A stretch of 64,000 nt of DNA from Longimicrobiales bacterium (GCA_965248195.1 CBDFIQ010000002.1:1984001-2048000), one strand, 5' to 3'. Positions 1-11,109 are shown, counted from the first letter of the stretch. Numbers and translations: made by a program. The notes: a model not told the origin generated them from the sequence alone.

Positions 1-11
1 GGGCTCCGAGA

Positions 12-482
12 TCAGCGGATCACCCGCTTGTAAAGCGCATCCAGTACCCCATTTACGAACCGGGGGGACTCGGGGCCGCTGTACCGCTCGGCCAACCGCA
101 ACGCTTCTTGAATGGAGACCTTGGGCGGGATTTCATCGAAACAGATCAACTCTGCGGCGGCAATTCTGAGAATTCCGCGGTCGAGCAGAGCCAGACGGTC
201 CATGCGCCAATTGTCCAATGCGACTTCGAGCAGTTGGTCCAACTCATCACCGCGAGCGTCCAACTCCGCCGCCAGGCGACGCAAATACGGCAGGCGGGAC
301 TCTGCAATCCTCCGCATGGCCATGACTTCCTCGAGCACGTCGGAAAACGTACCCTCGCGCTCCCGCACGTCCCACTGGTAGTGGATCTGAAGCGCCCACG
401 CCCTCGCCCGGGTCCGGTCGATCCGCCGGGCAACGCTTTCAGCGATCCCACCCGATTTTTTCAATGTGCCTGGAGGCCTCAT
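12..482 (-). CDS. nusB: Transcription antitermination factor NusB
   Basis: RARAWALQ..YQ, W..DRLALLDRGILR, IQEALRLAERYS, FVNGVLD motifs; follows ribH as is usual. Confidence 0.95.
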   Translation of the reverse strand: MRPPGTLKKSGGIAESVARRIDRTRARAWALQIHYQWDVREREGTFSDVLEEVMAMRRIAESRLPYLRRLAAELDARGDELDQLLEVALDNWRMDRLALLDRGILRIAAAELICFDEIPPKVSIQEALRLAERYSGPESPRFVNGVLDALYKRVIR

Positions 483-551
483 GGAGAAGTGGGGCGAGCC
501 GCGTTAGGAGCGCCGACCCCGGTGCCCAGCCAGAACTTCTCCATGAGGCCT

Positions 552-1037
552 CTAATCCTCGAGACCCTCGTATAGGCGGATCATGTGAAGTGCGCTCTGC
601 GCCAGCTCACGCCCCTTGTTGCCCACTTCTTGCGAAGCGCGAGCTAAGGCCTGATCTGGTGTGTCGGCCGTCAGCACACCAAACAGGAGTGGAATATCGA
701 GCTCCCGTGCAACGGCGCCGAGGCCCGAAGAGGCCTCACCGGCCACGTAGTCGAAGTGGGGCGTTTCCCCCCGAATCACACATCCAAGAGCGATGAGCGC
801 ATCGTGGCGGTCCAGGGCTGCGATCCTCCTGGCCGCCTGGGGAAGCTCCCAGGCACCCGGCACGCGATAGACGTCCACCGCGTCCGCCTCGACGCCGAAC
901 TCTTCGAGGGTGCTCTGGCAACCTTCCAGCATTTCTTCCGTCACATCGCTGTTGAAGCGCGCCGCGATAATCCCGATGCGCCTGCCCGGCGCCGGATCCG
1001 GGGGGTGCGAGCCGGTGTCGATTTGCACGTCAGACAT
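552..1037 (-). CDS. ribH: 6,7-dimethyl-8-ribityllumazine synthase
   Basis: ARFN, VPGAWELP, IALGCVIRGETPHFDYV, FGVLT, NKG motifs. Confidence 0.97.
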   Translation of the reverse strand: MSDVQIDTGSHPPDPAPGRRIGIIAARFNSDVTEEMLEGCQSTLEEFGVEADAVDVYRVPGAWELPQAARRIAALDRHDALIALGCVIRGETPHFDYVAGEASSGLGAVARELDIPLLFGVLTADTPDQALARASQEVGNKGRELAQSALHMIRLYEGLED

Positions 1038-1067
1038 CCTCCCGTGATGGCATCCTACAGGCGCATT

Positions 1068-2315
1068 CTACAGGAGGTGGCCCAACTTCGATCGCTTCGT
1101 GTCTAGGTAACTCTGGTTGTGCTCCCCGCGCCCGACGCGTAGGGGCTCCCTTCCGGTGACCTCGAGACTGTACCCTTCGAGCCCGACAATCTTCCGTGGA
1201 TTGTTGGTCAGAAGGCAAATTTTCTTGAGTCCGAGGTCGAGGAGAATCTGGGCGCCAATCCCATAGTCCCGCAGGTCAGGCTTGAACCCAAGGGCCTGGT
1301 TCGCCTCGACCGTGTCGTGACCCTGGTCCTGTAGTTCATACGCCCGAATCTTGTTGTGCAGGCCGATCCCCCGTCCTTCTTGTTTCAAATAGACGATAAC
1401 CCCCCGGCCTCTCTCCGAAACCTGCTCAAGCGCGGCCCTCAACTGCCAGCCGCAATCGCAACGAAGGGAGCCGAACACATCACCCGTCAGACACTCCGAG
1501 TGCATGCGAACGAGCACGCCCTCGTCTCCCTCCTCGTCTCCCTCCACGTCACCCTCGACGCCCTCCTCCACATCAGCCCCTACGTCACCTTTGACGAGCG
1601 CTACGTGCTCCCGGTCATCGATCGGACTCTGGTACGCGATGATCCGGAACGGTCCAAACTCGGTCGGTAGATTCGCTTCGGCCACCCGTGTAACCAGGCG
1701 TTCCTTGGTCAGGCGGTACGACACCAGCTGGGCGACTGTGATGAACCGGAGGCCATGTTCCTTCGCGTACAACTCCAATTCGGGGCGGCGCGCCATCGTC
1801 CCATCGGGATTGAGGATCTCACAGATCACCCCGATCGGAGGCAGCCCGGCCATGCTTGCCAGGTCCACCGCAGCTTCCGTCTGGCCCACGCGGCGAAGGA
1901 CGCCACCAGGGCGGGCCTTGAGGGGAAAGATGTGTCCCGGACGCCTGAGGTCGCCTGGCTCGGACTCGGGATCCACCAGGACCTCGATGGTCTTGGCTCG
2001 ATCATGAGCGCTGATGCCCGTGGTCACACCGAAACGTTGATGGGCGTCCACAGAAATCGTGAAAGCGGTGCCCTGTGGGTCCGAGTTCTCGTCGGTCATG
2101 AGGGGAAGACCCAACGCTGTGGCACGAGGCTGCGTCAGCGCGACACAAATGAGGCCCCGGCCGAACTGGGTCATGAAGTTCACCGTCTCGGGCGTCACGA
2201 GGGAAGCCGCACAAACAAGGTCTCCCTCGTTTTCGCGATCCTCGTCGTCGGCGACGATGATGAGCTTGCCTTGACGAATATCCTCTAGGGCATGCTCGAC
2301 GGTATCGAACCCCAT
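1068..2315 (-). CDS. ribBA: Bifunctional DHBP synthase / GTP cyclohydrolase II
   Basis: [46 protein letters not shown] motifs; start reassigned to the ATG at 2315 ([10 protein letters not shown]) after an AAGGAG RBS. Confidence 0.96.
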   Translation of the reverse strand: MGFDTVEHALEDIRQGKLIIVADDEDRENEGDLVCAASLVTPETVNFMTQFGRGLICVALTQPRATALGLPLMTDENSDPQGTAFTISVDAHQRFGVTTGISAHDRAKTIEVLVDPESEPGDLRRPGHIFPLKARPGGVLRRVGQTEAAVDLASMAGLPPIGVICEILNPDGTMARRPELELYAKEHGLRFITVAQLVSYRLTKERLVTRVAEANLPTEFGPFRIIAYQSPIDDREHVALVKGDVGADVEEGVEGDVEGDEEGDEGVLVRMHSECLTGDVFGSLRCDCGWQLRAALEQVSERGRGVIVYLKQEGRGIGLHNKIRAYELQDQGHDTVEANQALGFKPDLRDYGIGAQILLDLGLKKICLLTNNPRKIVGLEGYSLEVTGREPLRVGRGEHNQSYLDTKRSKLGHLL

Positions 2316-2394
2316 GACCAGACGCTCCTTCTCGATCCGTGACTCCAGTGCGCACGGCGCACGACTGTGGCGACGTACGTTTTGCCACACAGAC

Positions 2395-2403
2395 ATTATA
2401 TCA
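2395..2403 (-). promoter_or_regulatory. Putative extended -10 promoter (TGA-TATAAT) upstream of ribBA
   Basis: Perfect TGnTATAAT on the minus strand in the ribE-ribBA gap, ~80 nt upstream of the start. Confidence 0.45.
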
Positions 2404-2492
2404 GCAGTGAAGGCTCCACGGGACCACACGAGCGTTGCGTTACACGCTCCCCCACCTCATACCAACACCATTTCGCCCTTTCGGCAGCGCCC

Positions 2493-3092
2493 TCAGGAAC
2501 GCTCGGAGAGCAGCCTCCGAACGTATTTTCCGACCAGGTCACCTTCGACGTTCACCCGTGCGCCGGGTTCGAGCATGCCGAGGTTGGTATGCTCCCACGT
2601 GTACGGTATGACGGCGACCTGACAGATGTGGTCGTCCGAGATTGCGTTGACCGTGAGACTCACACCATTGAGTGCGATCGAACCATGGAGGAGGGTCCCC
2701 GATGCCACAGCGGACGGAATTTTGAAGTCGAGGAGACGATACTCCCCCCGGTGCTCGACACCGATCAAATCACCCACACCGTCGATGTGGCCTTGAACCA
2801 GATGTCCGTCCAGGCGGGTTCCTATCGCAATAGCACGTTCGAGATTGACCGGGCTCCCTTCGGTGTAATCGCCCGCCACGGTCCGAGAGAGCGTCGTTCC
2901 CACGCTGTTGACCGTGAAGCCCTCGTCCAGAACCTCGACCACCGTGTGACAGGCTCCGTCGAGACAGACCGACGAGCCGGGCTGGAGATCTTCAAGCACG
3001 ACGCTCGCATCGATCTCCAACACTCGGGCACCGTCCATCTCTCGCGTGGTGCGTACAGTGCCCATCTCCTCTACGATCCCACTGAACATCAC
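2493..3092 (-). CDS. ribE: Riboflavin synthase alpha chain
   Basis: MFSGIVEE N-terminus, VNLERA, DGHLVQGHIDG, GSIALNGVSLTV motifs. Confidence 0.96.
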   Translation of the reverse strand: MMFSGIVEEMGTVRTTREMDGARVLEIDASVVLEDLQPGSSVCLDGACHTVVEVLDEGFTVNSVGTTLSRTVAGDYTEGSPVNLERAIAIGTRLDGHLVQGHIDGVGDLIGVEHRGEYRLLDFKIPSAVASGTLLHGSIALNGVSLTVNAISDDHICQVAVIPYTWEHTNLGMLEPGARVNVEGDLVGKYVRRLLSERS

Positions 3093-4318
3093 ATTTCTCG
3101 GTGGTACGTGAGTAGAACGTCGGGCCCGAATCGAACCGGCTCGCCCCTGCTCGACCAGCCCAAGCCCTCCGGCGTCGAGTGCCCGCCCCCAAACGCCGGA
3201 ACACCTTGGGACCCGAGGGTCACGGGTGCCTGGAAAAGATAAAACCGCCGGGCCAATCCCTCACGTGAAAGAGCCGTGGCCAATCTTCCCCCACCCTCGC
3301 AGAGGACCGACCGAAAACCGAGATTCCAACACCGTTCGAGCACCTGTTCCAGGTTCGCTCCTCGATCCGAATGTGGCACGGGCTCCCCCAGTGGCACCGG
3401 TTCCCCCAGTGGCACCGGCTCTGCCTGTGGCATCGGCTCCGCCTGTCGCACCGGCTCCGCCTGCGGTACGATCTCCACCTGTGCACCGACCTCCCTCAGT
3501 GCATCGACCCGTGCGGAAGGAGCGGCTTCGGTCGCGAAGATCAGGACCGGCGTTTGGCTCTCGGCACCGAACAGAGCCGCATCCGGTGACAGAGCAGCGC
3601 TCGGATCCAATACGATACGCGTAGGCGGAATGCGGGGGGTCCGACCGTATCGCACGGTCAACATGGGGTCATCGACACGGGCCGTCTCCCCCCCGACCAA
3701 CACTGCGTCGAATCCGCTCCTGAGACGATGTACCTCTCTATTCGCTTCGTCGCCTGTAAGGAGCGTCCGCTCGCCCGGCCGAGCAGCGATCCGCCCATCC
3801 AGACTCACCGCCAACTTCAGAGCGAGGTACGGTCGCCGGTACTGCATCGTATAAAAAAACACGGGATCGACGTCGTGGAACGACCGAACATCTGCCGAAG
3901 GGCCGATGACTTCGACCCCGGCCTTCGCCAAAAGCTCGCCCCCACCTCCGGTCTCAAGGAATGCGAAGCCCTCGTCCACAACAAAGATCAAGGACCCCGG
4001 ATCGGCGGCCCCGAACACTACCCGGGTCACGCCGGCCTCCAGCAAGAACTTCGAACACGGGGGCGTCTTACCATGGTGGCCACACGGCTCGAGGCTCACG
4101 TACACGGTAGCGCCACGGGCGGCATCTCCTGCGGAACGGATCGCGTTCACTTCAGCGTGCGGACCGCCGTACTCCTCGTGCCATCCCTGACCCACGAGCT
4201 GTCCATCCTGCGTCAGGACGCACCCGACCATCGGATTGGGATGCACCCGACCCCACCCCCGCTCCGCCAAAGAGGCGGCCCGCTGAAGCCACTCCCGGTC
4301 CGACTCGCTCAGAGACAC
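3089..4318 (-). CDS. ribD: Bifunctional riboflavin deaminase/reductase RibD
   Basis: PNPMVGC, HAE, LEPCGHHGKTPPC, SLDGRIA, DDP.LTVR, EGGG motifs. Confidence 0.95.
   Translation of the reverse strand: MSLSESDREWLQRAASLAERGWGRVHPNPMVGCVLTQDGQLVGQGWHEEYGGPHAEVNAIRSAGDAARGATVYVSLEPCGHHGKTPPCSKFLLEAGVTRVVFGAADPGSLIFVVDEGFAFLETGGGGELLAKAGVEVIGPSADVRSFHDVDPVFFYTMQYRRPYLALKLAVSLDGRIAARPGERTLLTGDEANREVHRLRSGFDAVLVGGETARVDDPMLTVRYGRTPRIPPTRIVLDPSAALSPDAALFGAESQTPVLIFATEAAPSARVDALREVGAQVEIVPQAEPVRQAEPMPQAEPVPLGEPVPLGEPVPHSDRGANLEQVLERCWNLGFRSVLCEGGGRLATALSREGLARRFYLFQAPVTLGSQGVPAFGGGHSTPEGLGWSSRGEPVRFGPDVLLTYHREM
3373..3462. repeat. 18-bp tandem repeat x5 inside ribD (AEPVPQ/GEPVPL units)
   Basis: GTGGCACCGGyTCysCCw-like units at 3373, 3391, 3409, 3427 and 3445. 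Confidence 0.9.
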
Positions 4319-4319
4319 G

Positions 4320-5285
4320 TCAGATCGTGAGTCGGCCGGCTAGGCTGACAAACGGCGTTATCGAACCGGGATCGTACGCACCCGAGTAGCCGGCCAGTCC
4401 GTCGTATCCTCCCGCCCATCCACCCTCGACCGAAAACTGGAACACGAGCCTCGTGATGGATATACCGCCGAAGTAGACCGATCGGCGGGTCGTCAGGTCG
4501 TTCATAGAGCCCATCCCCCGTCCCCCCGGGATCGTGGGATCCGGCACCTGGACGCCCATGCTGCCTCGGTCCCAATTCCATCCCACGCCCCCCGAGACCG
4601 CGAGGGTGAAGAAGTTTTTCCCGATTATCGCCCGCACCGAGGTCGCCGAGATATCGGTATCGATTTGGGACCCGTTCACACCGGCGGTCCAGTCCACGCT
4701 CTGCCCAAAGGACTGCGTCACTGACACTGTGACGCCAGGCAGGGTGAACGACTCACGGAAAACTCCGAGCCGCCCGCCCACCGACAAGATGCCCTCGTTG
4801 CCCAGAAACCCGTCGGACTCCCCCAGGAAAATGAGGCTCGCGGACGCGAGAAGATCGAGGGATAGCAGCCCACCGACGGTCGGCATCAGGGAAACTCCGT
4901 CCAAGACGCCAAATGCCACCGAGGCCTTCACCCCGTATGCCTCAACTACGTTCTCCCCCGCGGCGCCTGTGCCTCCGCCGAGGAGGTCCGGCATTCTGAA
5001 TCGAGCCATCCGGAGACGCGCGTCCACGCTCACACGCGGCGCACTCCCCAGCCGTCTCCCGATTGTGCTGGACGACCCGGAGAGGCTGGCGCCCATTCTG
5101 TCGGCTATGGTGATTCCGCCACGCATGGCTTGCGCTGCCAATACGCCACTTCGGCAGGACGTCACCAAGTCCGCCGATCCGCCGGCCGCACATTGCGCGA
5201 CGAACGGTCCCAGATCTTGTCCCTCCGCGGACCCGAAACGCCCTGAAAGCAGCAGAACACAGAAGGCTACATGACTGGCCCTCAC
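4320..5285 (-). CDS. Hypothetical exported, possibly outer-membrane beta-barrel protein
   Basis: GTG start overlaps the purM stop (GTGA); signal-peptide-like N-terminus; alternating hydrophobic strands ending FVSLAGRLTI. Confidence 0.6.
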   Translation of the reverse strand: MRASHVAFCVLLLSGRFGSAEGQDLGPFVAQCAAGGSADLVTSCRSGVLAAQAMRGGITIADRMGASLSGSSSTIGRRLGSAPRVSVDARLRMARFRMPDLLGGGTGAAGENVVEAYGVKASVAFGVLDGVSLMPTVGGLLSLDLLASASLIFLGESDGFLGNEGILSVGGRLGVFRESFTLPGVTVSVTQSFGQSVDWTAGVNGSQIDTDISATSVRAIIGKNFFTLAVSGGVGWNWDRGSMGVQVPDPTIPGGRGMGSMNDLTTRRSVYFGGISITRLVFQFSVEGGWAGGYDGLAGYSGAYDPGSITPFVSLAGRLTI

Positions 5286-6316
5286 GCCCACCGTACACCC
5301 TCGCCGGCCTCCACCTCTCCCATGACCCACGCCGGACCGTCGCCCTGGCTCAAACCCTCGAGGACCCCGTCGACATCCCCGGGTGCAACCATCGCGATCA
5401 TGCCCACGCCCATGTTGAACACGCGCAGCATTTCCTCCCGCTCGATACCTCCCGCCTCAGCGAGCAAACGGAACACATCGGGGACCTCCCAAGAAGCGAG
5501 GTCGATCACCGCGCCGAGCTCCGATCCGAGGGTCCGGGGCAGATTGCCTGGGATGCCCCCACCGGTGATGTGAGCCAGGCCCCGCACACGTCCGGCGTCG
5601 AGAACATCGGACAAGACGGGCAAATAGCTCCGATGTACATCCAGGAGCACGTCCGCCACCGAGCGTCCCGACCCGGGAAATTCGTCATCGATCGACAACC
5701 CCATGGACTCGAACACGATCCTCCGCGCCAATGTGTAACCGTTGGTATGCATGCCGGTCGACCCAAGGCCGATCAAGACGTCTCCCGCACGGACACGCGA
5801 GCCATCCAGGATCCTGTCGCGCTCCACGATGCCCACGATGAATCCAGCCAGATCGTACTCGTCCTTGGCATAAAATTCGGGCATCTCGGCCGTCTCTCCA
5901 CCAAGGAGCGCGCACCCATTCTCCTTGCACGCCGTCGCTACTCCGCCCACGACTCCTGTCACAACAGCCTCGTCCATGGCGCCGCATCCGAGATAATCCA
6001 GGAAGAACAGAGGCCGGGCTCCCTGCACGAGGATGTCGTCGACACAGTGGTTCACCAAATCTTGGCCCACGGTGTCATGCCGTCCCGCCATGAAAGCAAC
6101 CTTGACCTTGGTTCCCACACTATCGGTGCTCGAGACGAGCACCGGGCTCTCTACGTCTCCGGGTACAGCGTACAGGCCGCCGAACTGGCCGAGCGCGGAC
6201 AGGGTGTGTTCGTCCCTGGTGGAAGCCACCAACGACTTGAGGCCCTCCATCACCCGCTCGGCTGCGTCGAGATCGACCCCTGTTGAGCGATAGTCCAGCG
6301 CACCCGGCTCAGCCAT
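5282..6316 (-). CDS. purM: Phosphoribosylformylglycinamidine cyclo-ligase
   Basis: LVSSTDSVGTK, GARPLFFLDY, GGETAEMP, HTNGY, AHITGGG, FNMGVGM motifs. Confidence 0.97.
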   Translation of the reverse strand: MAEPGALDYRSTGVDLDAAERVMEGLKSLVASTRDEHTLSALGQFGGLYAVPGDVESPVLVSSTDSVGTKVKVAFMAGRHDTVGQDLVNHCVDDILVQGARPLFFLDYLGCGAMDEAVVTGVVGGVATACKENGCALLGGETAEMPEFYAKDEYDLAGFIVGIVERDRILDGSRVRAGDVLIGLGSTGMHTNGYTLARRIVFESMGLSIDDEFPGSGRSVADVLLDVHRSYLPVLSDVLDAGRVRGLAHITGGGIPGNLPRTLGSELGAVIDLASWEVPDVFRLLAEAGGIEREEMLRVFNMGVGMIAMVAPGDVDGVLEGLSQGDGPAWVMGEVEAGEGVRWA

Positions 6317-7235
6317 CCGAGTCCCCCAGATGATGCTCGAACGCCGTTATCTCTCTGAATTCCACGATCCGGTGCAGGATCTCCCTCTCGTTGAGCGATC
6401 GGAACCGATCGACGCTGAACTTCTCGACCGCAAACGAACCCATGACGGACCCATACACCATGGCGCGCCGCAGGTCGTCCGGCTCCTGAGAGTCGACCGA
6501 GGCCATGTACCCGACGAAGCCACCCGCGAAGGAGTCTCCAGCCCCGGTGGGGTCGAAGATCACGTCCAAAGGGAACCCCGGCATGAAGAACATCCAGTCC
6601 GGCCCGAAGAGAATCGCCCCATGCTCACCCTTCTTCACTACAACGAAGCGGGGGCCGCGCTCCTGTATCCACCGTGCCGCCCGGACGAGATTGTGGTCTC
6701 CGGCGAGCTGCCGTGCCTCGGCGTCGTTGACCATCAAGATATCGACTCGCTTCAGGAGTTCGACGAGCACCTCGTGACTCCCTTCGATCCAGTAATTCAT
6801 GGTGTCGCAGATGACAGCCGCCGGCTCCCGGACCTGATCGAGCACCTCCAGCTGGAGCACGGGATCGATATTACCCAGGAAGACGTACCGAGAGTCCCGA
6901 AACGCATCCGGGATGCGCGGTTTGAAATCGCCGAACACCCCCAGGCTGGTCTCGAGAGTCTCTCGCGAGTTCAGGTCATACTTATACCGCCCAGCCCAGA
7001 AAAAGCTCTCACCCTCGGCACGTTCCACACCCGAGAGGTCGGCACCTCGCTCGGTAAGGAAATCCAACTTCTCGAACGGATAGTCGTCTCCGACCACACC
7101 CACGATGCGGACCGGACACAGCAAGCTCGCGGCGGCGGCGAAAAACACAGCCGACCCACCGATCACCCGGTCGGCCGAGCCGAAAGGTGTCTCTACCGAG
7201 TCGAGAGCCACGCTTCCCACCGCCAAGATCGACAT
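6309..7235 (-). CDS. PfkB family carbohydrate kinase
   Basis: VGSVALDSVETPFG, GGS, VVKKGEHGA, DPTGAGDSFAGG PfkB signature. Confidence 0.9.
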   Translation of the reverse strand: MSILAVGSVALDSVETPFGSADRVIGGSAVFFAAAASLLCPVRIVGVVGDDYPFEKLDFLTERGADLSGVERAEGESFFWAGRYKYDLNSRETLETSLGVFGDFKPRIPDAFRDSRYVFLGNIDPVLQLEVLDQVREPAAVICDTMNYWIEGSHEVLVELLKRVDILMVNDAEARQLAGDHNLVRAARWIQERGPRFVVVKKGEHGAILFGPDWMFFMPGFPLDVIFDPTGAGDSFAGGFVGYMASVDSQEPDDLRRAMVYGSVMGSFAVEKFSVDRFRSLNEREILHRIVEFREITAFEHHLGDSDG

Positions 7236-7243
7236 CCCTCTCC

Positions 7244-8989
7244 CTAGCCGCCCACGTCGTCAGCCCGAGCTCCGCCGGCCAAGTCGTCAGCCCGGGCTCC
7301 GCCCGCCACGTCGTCAGCACGAGCCATCTGCTCGGGAGCCACGATGCCTAGGATGCTCAGCCCGTTTCCAAGTACGATCTGCACCGAACGGGCGAAGGCG
7401 AGCCGTGCGTTCCGAAGGCTCTCATCCTCCACAAGCACGGCCAAATCCGGGTTTCGGCTCGGGTTCCCCGCGTGATACCACGAATTGACCGCTCCCGCCG
7501 TCTGCTCCAAATAGTCGCAGATCAAGTGAGGGGACCGCAGTCGCGCTGCGTTTCGGACCAGATCGGGGAATTGCACGAGCATCTTGATGACCTCCCGCTC
7601 AGCGTCCGTCGTGAGCACCGAAAGATCGACGCCTTCCGTCCCAACGGAAGCCCGCTCCAGACCGGCTTTCTTGAAGATGCTGCACATGCGGGCGTGGGCG
7701 TACTGCACCTTGTACACCGGATTCTTGTCGGACTGGTCCAGGGCGAGACCCAGATCGAAGACCAGATGCCCATCCGGTTTCCTCATTTGGAAGAAATAAC
7801 GCGTGACGTCGACCCCGACCTCCGTCATGAGCTCCCGAAGCGTCGTATACGAGCCCGCCCTCTTCGAGAACTTGATCTCCTTCCCGTCCCGCTCGACCCG
7901 AACCATCTGATGGAGCACGTACTCCGGGTACTCCGCCGGTAACCCGAGTGCCTGTACCCCCGCCTGCACGCGAGCAACGCCTCCGTGGTGATCGGCCCCC
8001 TGGACGTTGATGGCCTGATGAAAACCACGCCCCCACTTGTCCATATGGTATGCGACGTCGGGAAGAAAGTAGGTCGGAGATCCATCGCTCTTGATCATGA
8101 CGCGGTCCTTCTGGTCTCCATACTCCGTCGTACGAAGCCAGACGGCGCCGTCCGAATCGAACACTTTGCCGGTCTCTCGCAGGGCCTCGACGGTAGAATC
8201 CACCCGACCGTCCTCGTAAAGGGAAGACTCGAGGAAGTAGACGTCGAAGTGGATACGGAAGTCGGAGAGGTCCCGGTCCTGCTCCTCGCGAAGAGTGCGC
8301 ACCGCAGTCTCCCGCATGATCTCCAACGCCTCTTCGTCTCGGATTCCTACGAAGCGATCTCCGTGTTCCTCGGCCAGGCCCGCCGCGATCTCGCTAACGT
8401 ACTTTCCCTGGTACCCTCCTTCGGGGATCTCGGCATCTTGCCCAAAACGTTGCTGGTACCGGGCCCAAACACTTTCGGCAAGACGATCGATCTGGGCTCC
8501 GGCGTCGTTGTAGTAGTACTCCCGGCTCACGGCCCACCCCGTCCAATCGAGGAGTCCCGCGATCGCATCTCCGATGGCGCCTTGCCGTCCGTGTCCCACG
8601 TGCAGCGGCCCCGTGGGATTAGCCGACACGAATTCGACCACGATCGACTTCCCACCGCCTTCATCGCACCGCCCATAGTCGTCGTCGGCACCGATGATCT
8701 CCACGAGTCCGGAGGCGACCTGCCCGGAACTGAGCTTGAAATTCAAGAAGCCCGGCCCCGCCACGCTCACGGATTCGATGCCGAAGCCTTCGGTGTCGAT
8801 CCGGGAAGCGATCTCCTCGGCGATCGCAAGTGGCGGCCGGCCGAGGTGTTTCGCCAACCTCAGGGCGATAGTCGTCGCCAGATCACCATGGCTTGAATCT
8901 CTGGGCTGATCGAGGCGCACGTCGGCATCGTCCACTCCCATCCCGCTGAGCGCCTGCCGGACCGCTTCCCTAATGGCTTCTTCAGACAT
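7244..8989 (-). CDS. argS: Arginine--tRNA ligase
   Basis: GPGFLNF, VEFVSANPTGPLHVGHGR (HIGH), GADHHG, KFSKRAG, NPVYKVQYAHAR motifs. Confidence 0.97.
   Translation of the reverse strand: MSEEAIREAVRQALSGMGVDDADVRLDQPRDSSHGDLATTIALRLAKHLGRPPLAIAEEIASRIDTEGFGIESVSVAGPGFLNFKLSSGQVASGLVEIIGADDDYGRCDEGGGKSIVVEFVSANPTGPLHVGHGRQGAIGDAIAGLLDWTGWAVSREYYYNDAGAQIDRLAESVWARYQQRFGQDAEIPEGGYQGKYVSEIAAGLAEEHGDRFVGIRDEEALEIMRETAVRTLREEQDRDLSDFRIHFDVYFLESSLYEDGRVDSTVEALRETGKVFDSDGAVWLRTTEYGDQKDRVMIKSDGSPTYFLPDVAYHMDKWGRGFHQAINVQGADHHGGVARVQAGVQALGLPAEYPEYVLHQMVRVERDGKEIKFSKRAGSYTTLRELMTEVGVDVTRYFFQMRKPDGHLVFDLGLALDQSDKNPVYKVQYAHARMCSIFKKAGLERASVGTEGVDLSVLTTDAEREVIKMLVQFPDLVRNAARLRSPHLICDYLEQTAGAVNSWYHAGNPSRNPDLAVLVEDESLRNARLAFARSVQIVLGNGLSILGIVAPEQMARADDVAGGARADDLAGGARADDVGG
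7247..7324. repeat. 27-bp tandem repeat x3 at the argS 3' end (ARADDVAGG)
   Basis: GCCsssCAmGTCGTCAGCmCGrGCTCC-like units at 7247, 7274 and 7301. Confidence 0.85.
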
Positions 8990-9027
8990 GGAATCGCAGC
9001 TCCACTCGGCCCCCCTCAGGCCTGCGA

Positions 9028-9441
9028 CTAGGAGGACTTGCCGGCATCGGAGGATTTCGATCCGCCCGATGCCCCTGCAACATCAGCGGACGTTCTCTTT
9101 GACTTGCTTGAACCCCCGTCGGATGGACCGCCGCTCGCGCCGCCCCCGCTCCCGTCTGAAGAGTCCGCACCACCACTGGATTTTTTTTCCGCGTCACCGC
9201 TGGAGGCTTTTTTTTCGGGCGAGGCCGCTTCCTTGTCAGAACTAGCGGCTTTCTTGTAGGCCTCACTCCGGTAGTCCGTGATATAAAACCCTTCGCCCTT
9301 GAAGATCAGGCCCGCCCCCCCGGACAAGAGACGCACGGCGGTCTTTCCGCACTCCGGGCATGTGGCCCGGGCCTCGTCGGACATACGCTGGAACAGCTCG
9401 AATTCATGTCCCTTCGGGCAACGATACTCGTATGTGGGCAT
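9028..9441 (-). CDS. FmdB family zinc-ribbon protein with low-complexity tail
   Basis: MPTYEYRCPKGHEFE...CPECG...FKGEGFYITDYR. Confidence 0.9.
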   Translation of the reverse strand: MPTYEYRCPKGHEFELFQRMSDEARATCPECGKTAVRLLSGGAGLIFKGEGFYITDYRSEAYKKAASSDKEAASPEKKASSGDAEKKSSGGADSSDGSGGGASGGPSDGGSSKSKRTSADVAGASGGSKSSDAGKSS

Positions 9442-9532
9442 ATCGGATTCGCGTCAAACGGTGATTCGGCAAATTGGCCGGCACGGAAGCCTTGGTGGCG
9501 CACGACCGCAGAGTCGGAACGATAATAGCCTT

Positions 9533-11101
9533 TTAGGCGTCGTGCGTCCCCCACTCCTCACGCAGCACCTCACTGATTTCTCCGAGCGTAGCCGAGGCTT
9601 TCACCGCTCCGATCATCGGAGGGATCAGATTCTCGGTCGACCGGGCGGCGGACCGGATCCCGTCGAGCGCTTGCGAAGTATCGCCGGAGTCCCGCTTTTT
9701 CCTGAAATCCGCCAGCCGGCGCTTTTGATCCGCCTCAAGCCCCGAAAAATCGGGACTCGGGACCGACATGGGGTCCTCTTCATCCTCGTCGAAAACGTTT
9801 ACGCCCACCACCCGGCGCTCGTTCTCTTCGATTTCCATCTGGTATCGGTACGCGGACTCATGGATCTGGTCCTGCATGAACCCGATGGCCTTCGACGCTC
9901 CACCCAAACCCTCGATCTCTTCCAGATAGGCACGAGCACCATCTTCGATCTCGAGGGTGAGGGACTCTACGTAATAACTGCCCGCGAGGGGATCCACCGT
10001 GTGCGTGATTCCTGATTCGTTAGCCAAGATTTGTTGCGTGCGGAGAGCGAGCTTGGCGGCCTCTTCGGTCGGGAGAGCCAGGGCTTCGTCGAAACCGTTC
10101 GTGTGTAACGACTGGGTCCCCCCAAGGGCAGCCCCCAGGGCCTGTATGGTGACTCGTACCACGTTGTTGAGCGGTTGCTGAGCCGTCAGCGTCGATCCGG
10201 CCGTCTGGGTGTGAAAGCGCAGTTGGCATGAGCGGTCCGAAGCGCGGAAGCGCTCCTTCATAAGCCGCGCCCACAGGCGGCGCGCAGCCCTGAATTTTGC
10301 GACTTCTTCAAGGAGGTCATTGTGCGCCGCGAAGAAAAAGGAAAGCCGCGGCGCGAAGTCCTCCAAGGAGACTCCGGCAGCCAGCACACTCTCCACGTAG
10401 GCGAGTCCGTTGGCCAGGGTGAACGCGACCTCCTGTGGAGCGGTGGAGCCGGCCTCACGAATGTGATAACCCGAGATCGAAATCGAATTCCACCGTGGCA
10501 CCTCTCGGGCGCAGAAGGCTATCAGGTCTGTGGCCAGCCTGAGGCTGGGGTCCACCGGGTAGATGTACGTCCCCCGGGCGACGTACTCTTTGAGCACGTC
10601 GTTCTGGACCGTGCCAGCCAGTGCGTTTCTCCCCACGCCCTGCTCGTCTCCGACGGAGAGGTACAGAGCAAGGAGAATGGCAGCCGTCGAATTGATCGTC
10701 ATCGACGTGGACACTTGATCGAGCGCGATCGCGTCGAAGAGAGTCCGCATGTCTTCGATGGTGTCGATCGCTACGCCGACCCGGCCGACCTCGCCCCGCA
10801 CGATCGCATGGTCCGAGTCGTACCCCATCTGGGTGGGGAGGTCGAACGCAACCGATAAACCGGTGGTGCCCTGGGTCAGGAGGTAGTGGTAACGCTGATT
10901 GGTTTCCTGCGCCGTCCCGAACCCGGCGTATTGCCGCATGGTCCAGAGGCGGCCCCGATACATGTTCGGGTAGATGCCCCGGGTGAATGGAAATTGGCCC
11001 GGCCTCTCGAGCCCCTCGCCATCACCAGCGTTGGCCTCGTACACGGAATCGACTTCGATTCCGCTGCCCGTCCGGAAGGGCCTCTCGTTGGCGTCGTTCA
11101 T
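9533..11101 (-). CDS. Methylmalonyl-CoA mutase, N-terminal (catalytic) subunit
   Basis: [52 protein letters not shown] motifs; start reassigned to 11101 (MNDANERPF); no B12-binding domain. Confidence 0.93.
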   Translation of the reverse strand: MNDANERPFRTGSGIEVDSVYEANAGDGEGLERPGQFPFTRGIYPNMYRGRLWTMRQYAGFGTAQETNQRYHYLLTQGTTGLSVAFDLPTQMGYDSDHAIVRGEVGRVGVAIDTIEDMRTLFDAIALDQVSTSMTINSTAAILLALYLSVGDEQGVGRNALAGTVQNDVLKEYVARGTYIYPVDPSLRLATDLIAFCAREVPRWNSISISGYHIREAGSTAPQEVAFTLANGLAYVESVLAAGVSLEDFAPRLSFFFAAHNDLLEEVAKFRAARRLWARLMKERFRASDRSCQLRFHTQTAGSTLTAQQPLNNVVRVTIQALGAALGGTQSLHTNGFDEALALPTEEAAKLALRTQQILANESGITHTVDPLAGSYYVESLTLEIEDGARAYLEEIEGLGGASKAIGFMQDQIHESAYRYQMEIEENERRVVGVNVFDEDEEDPMSVPSPDFSGLEADQKRRLADFRKKRDSGDTSQALDGIRSAARSTENLIPPMIGAVKASATLGEISEVLREEWGTHDA

Positions 11102-11109
11102 CGGATCTC

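Noticed and set aside
2316..2492. FMN riboswitch in the rib cluster
   Set aside because: No RFN consensus recognised; only a -10 element and a simple hairpin
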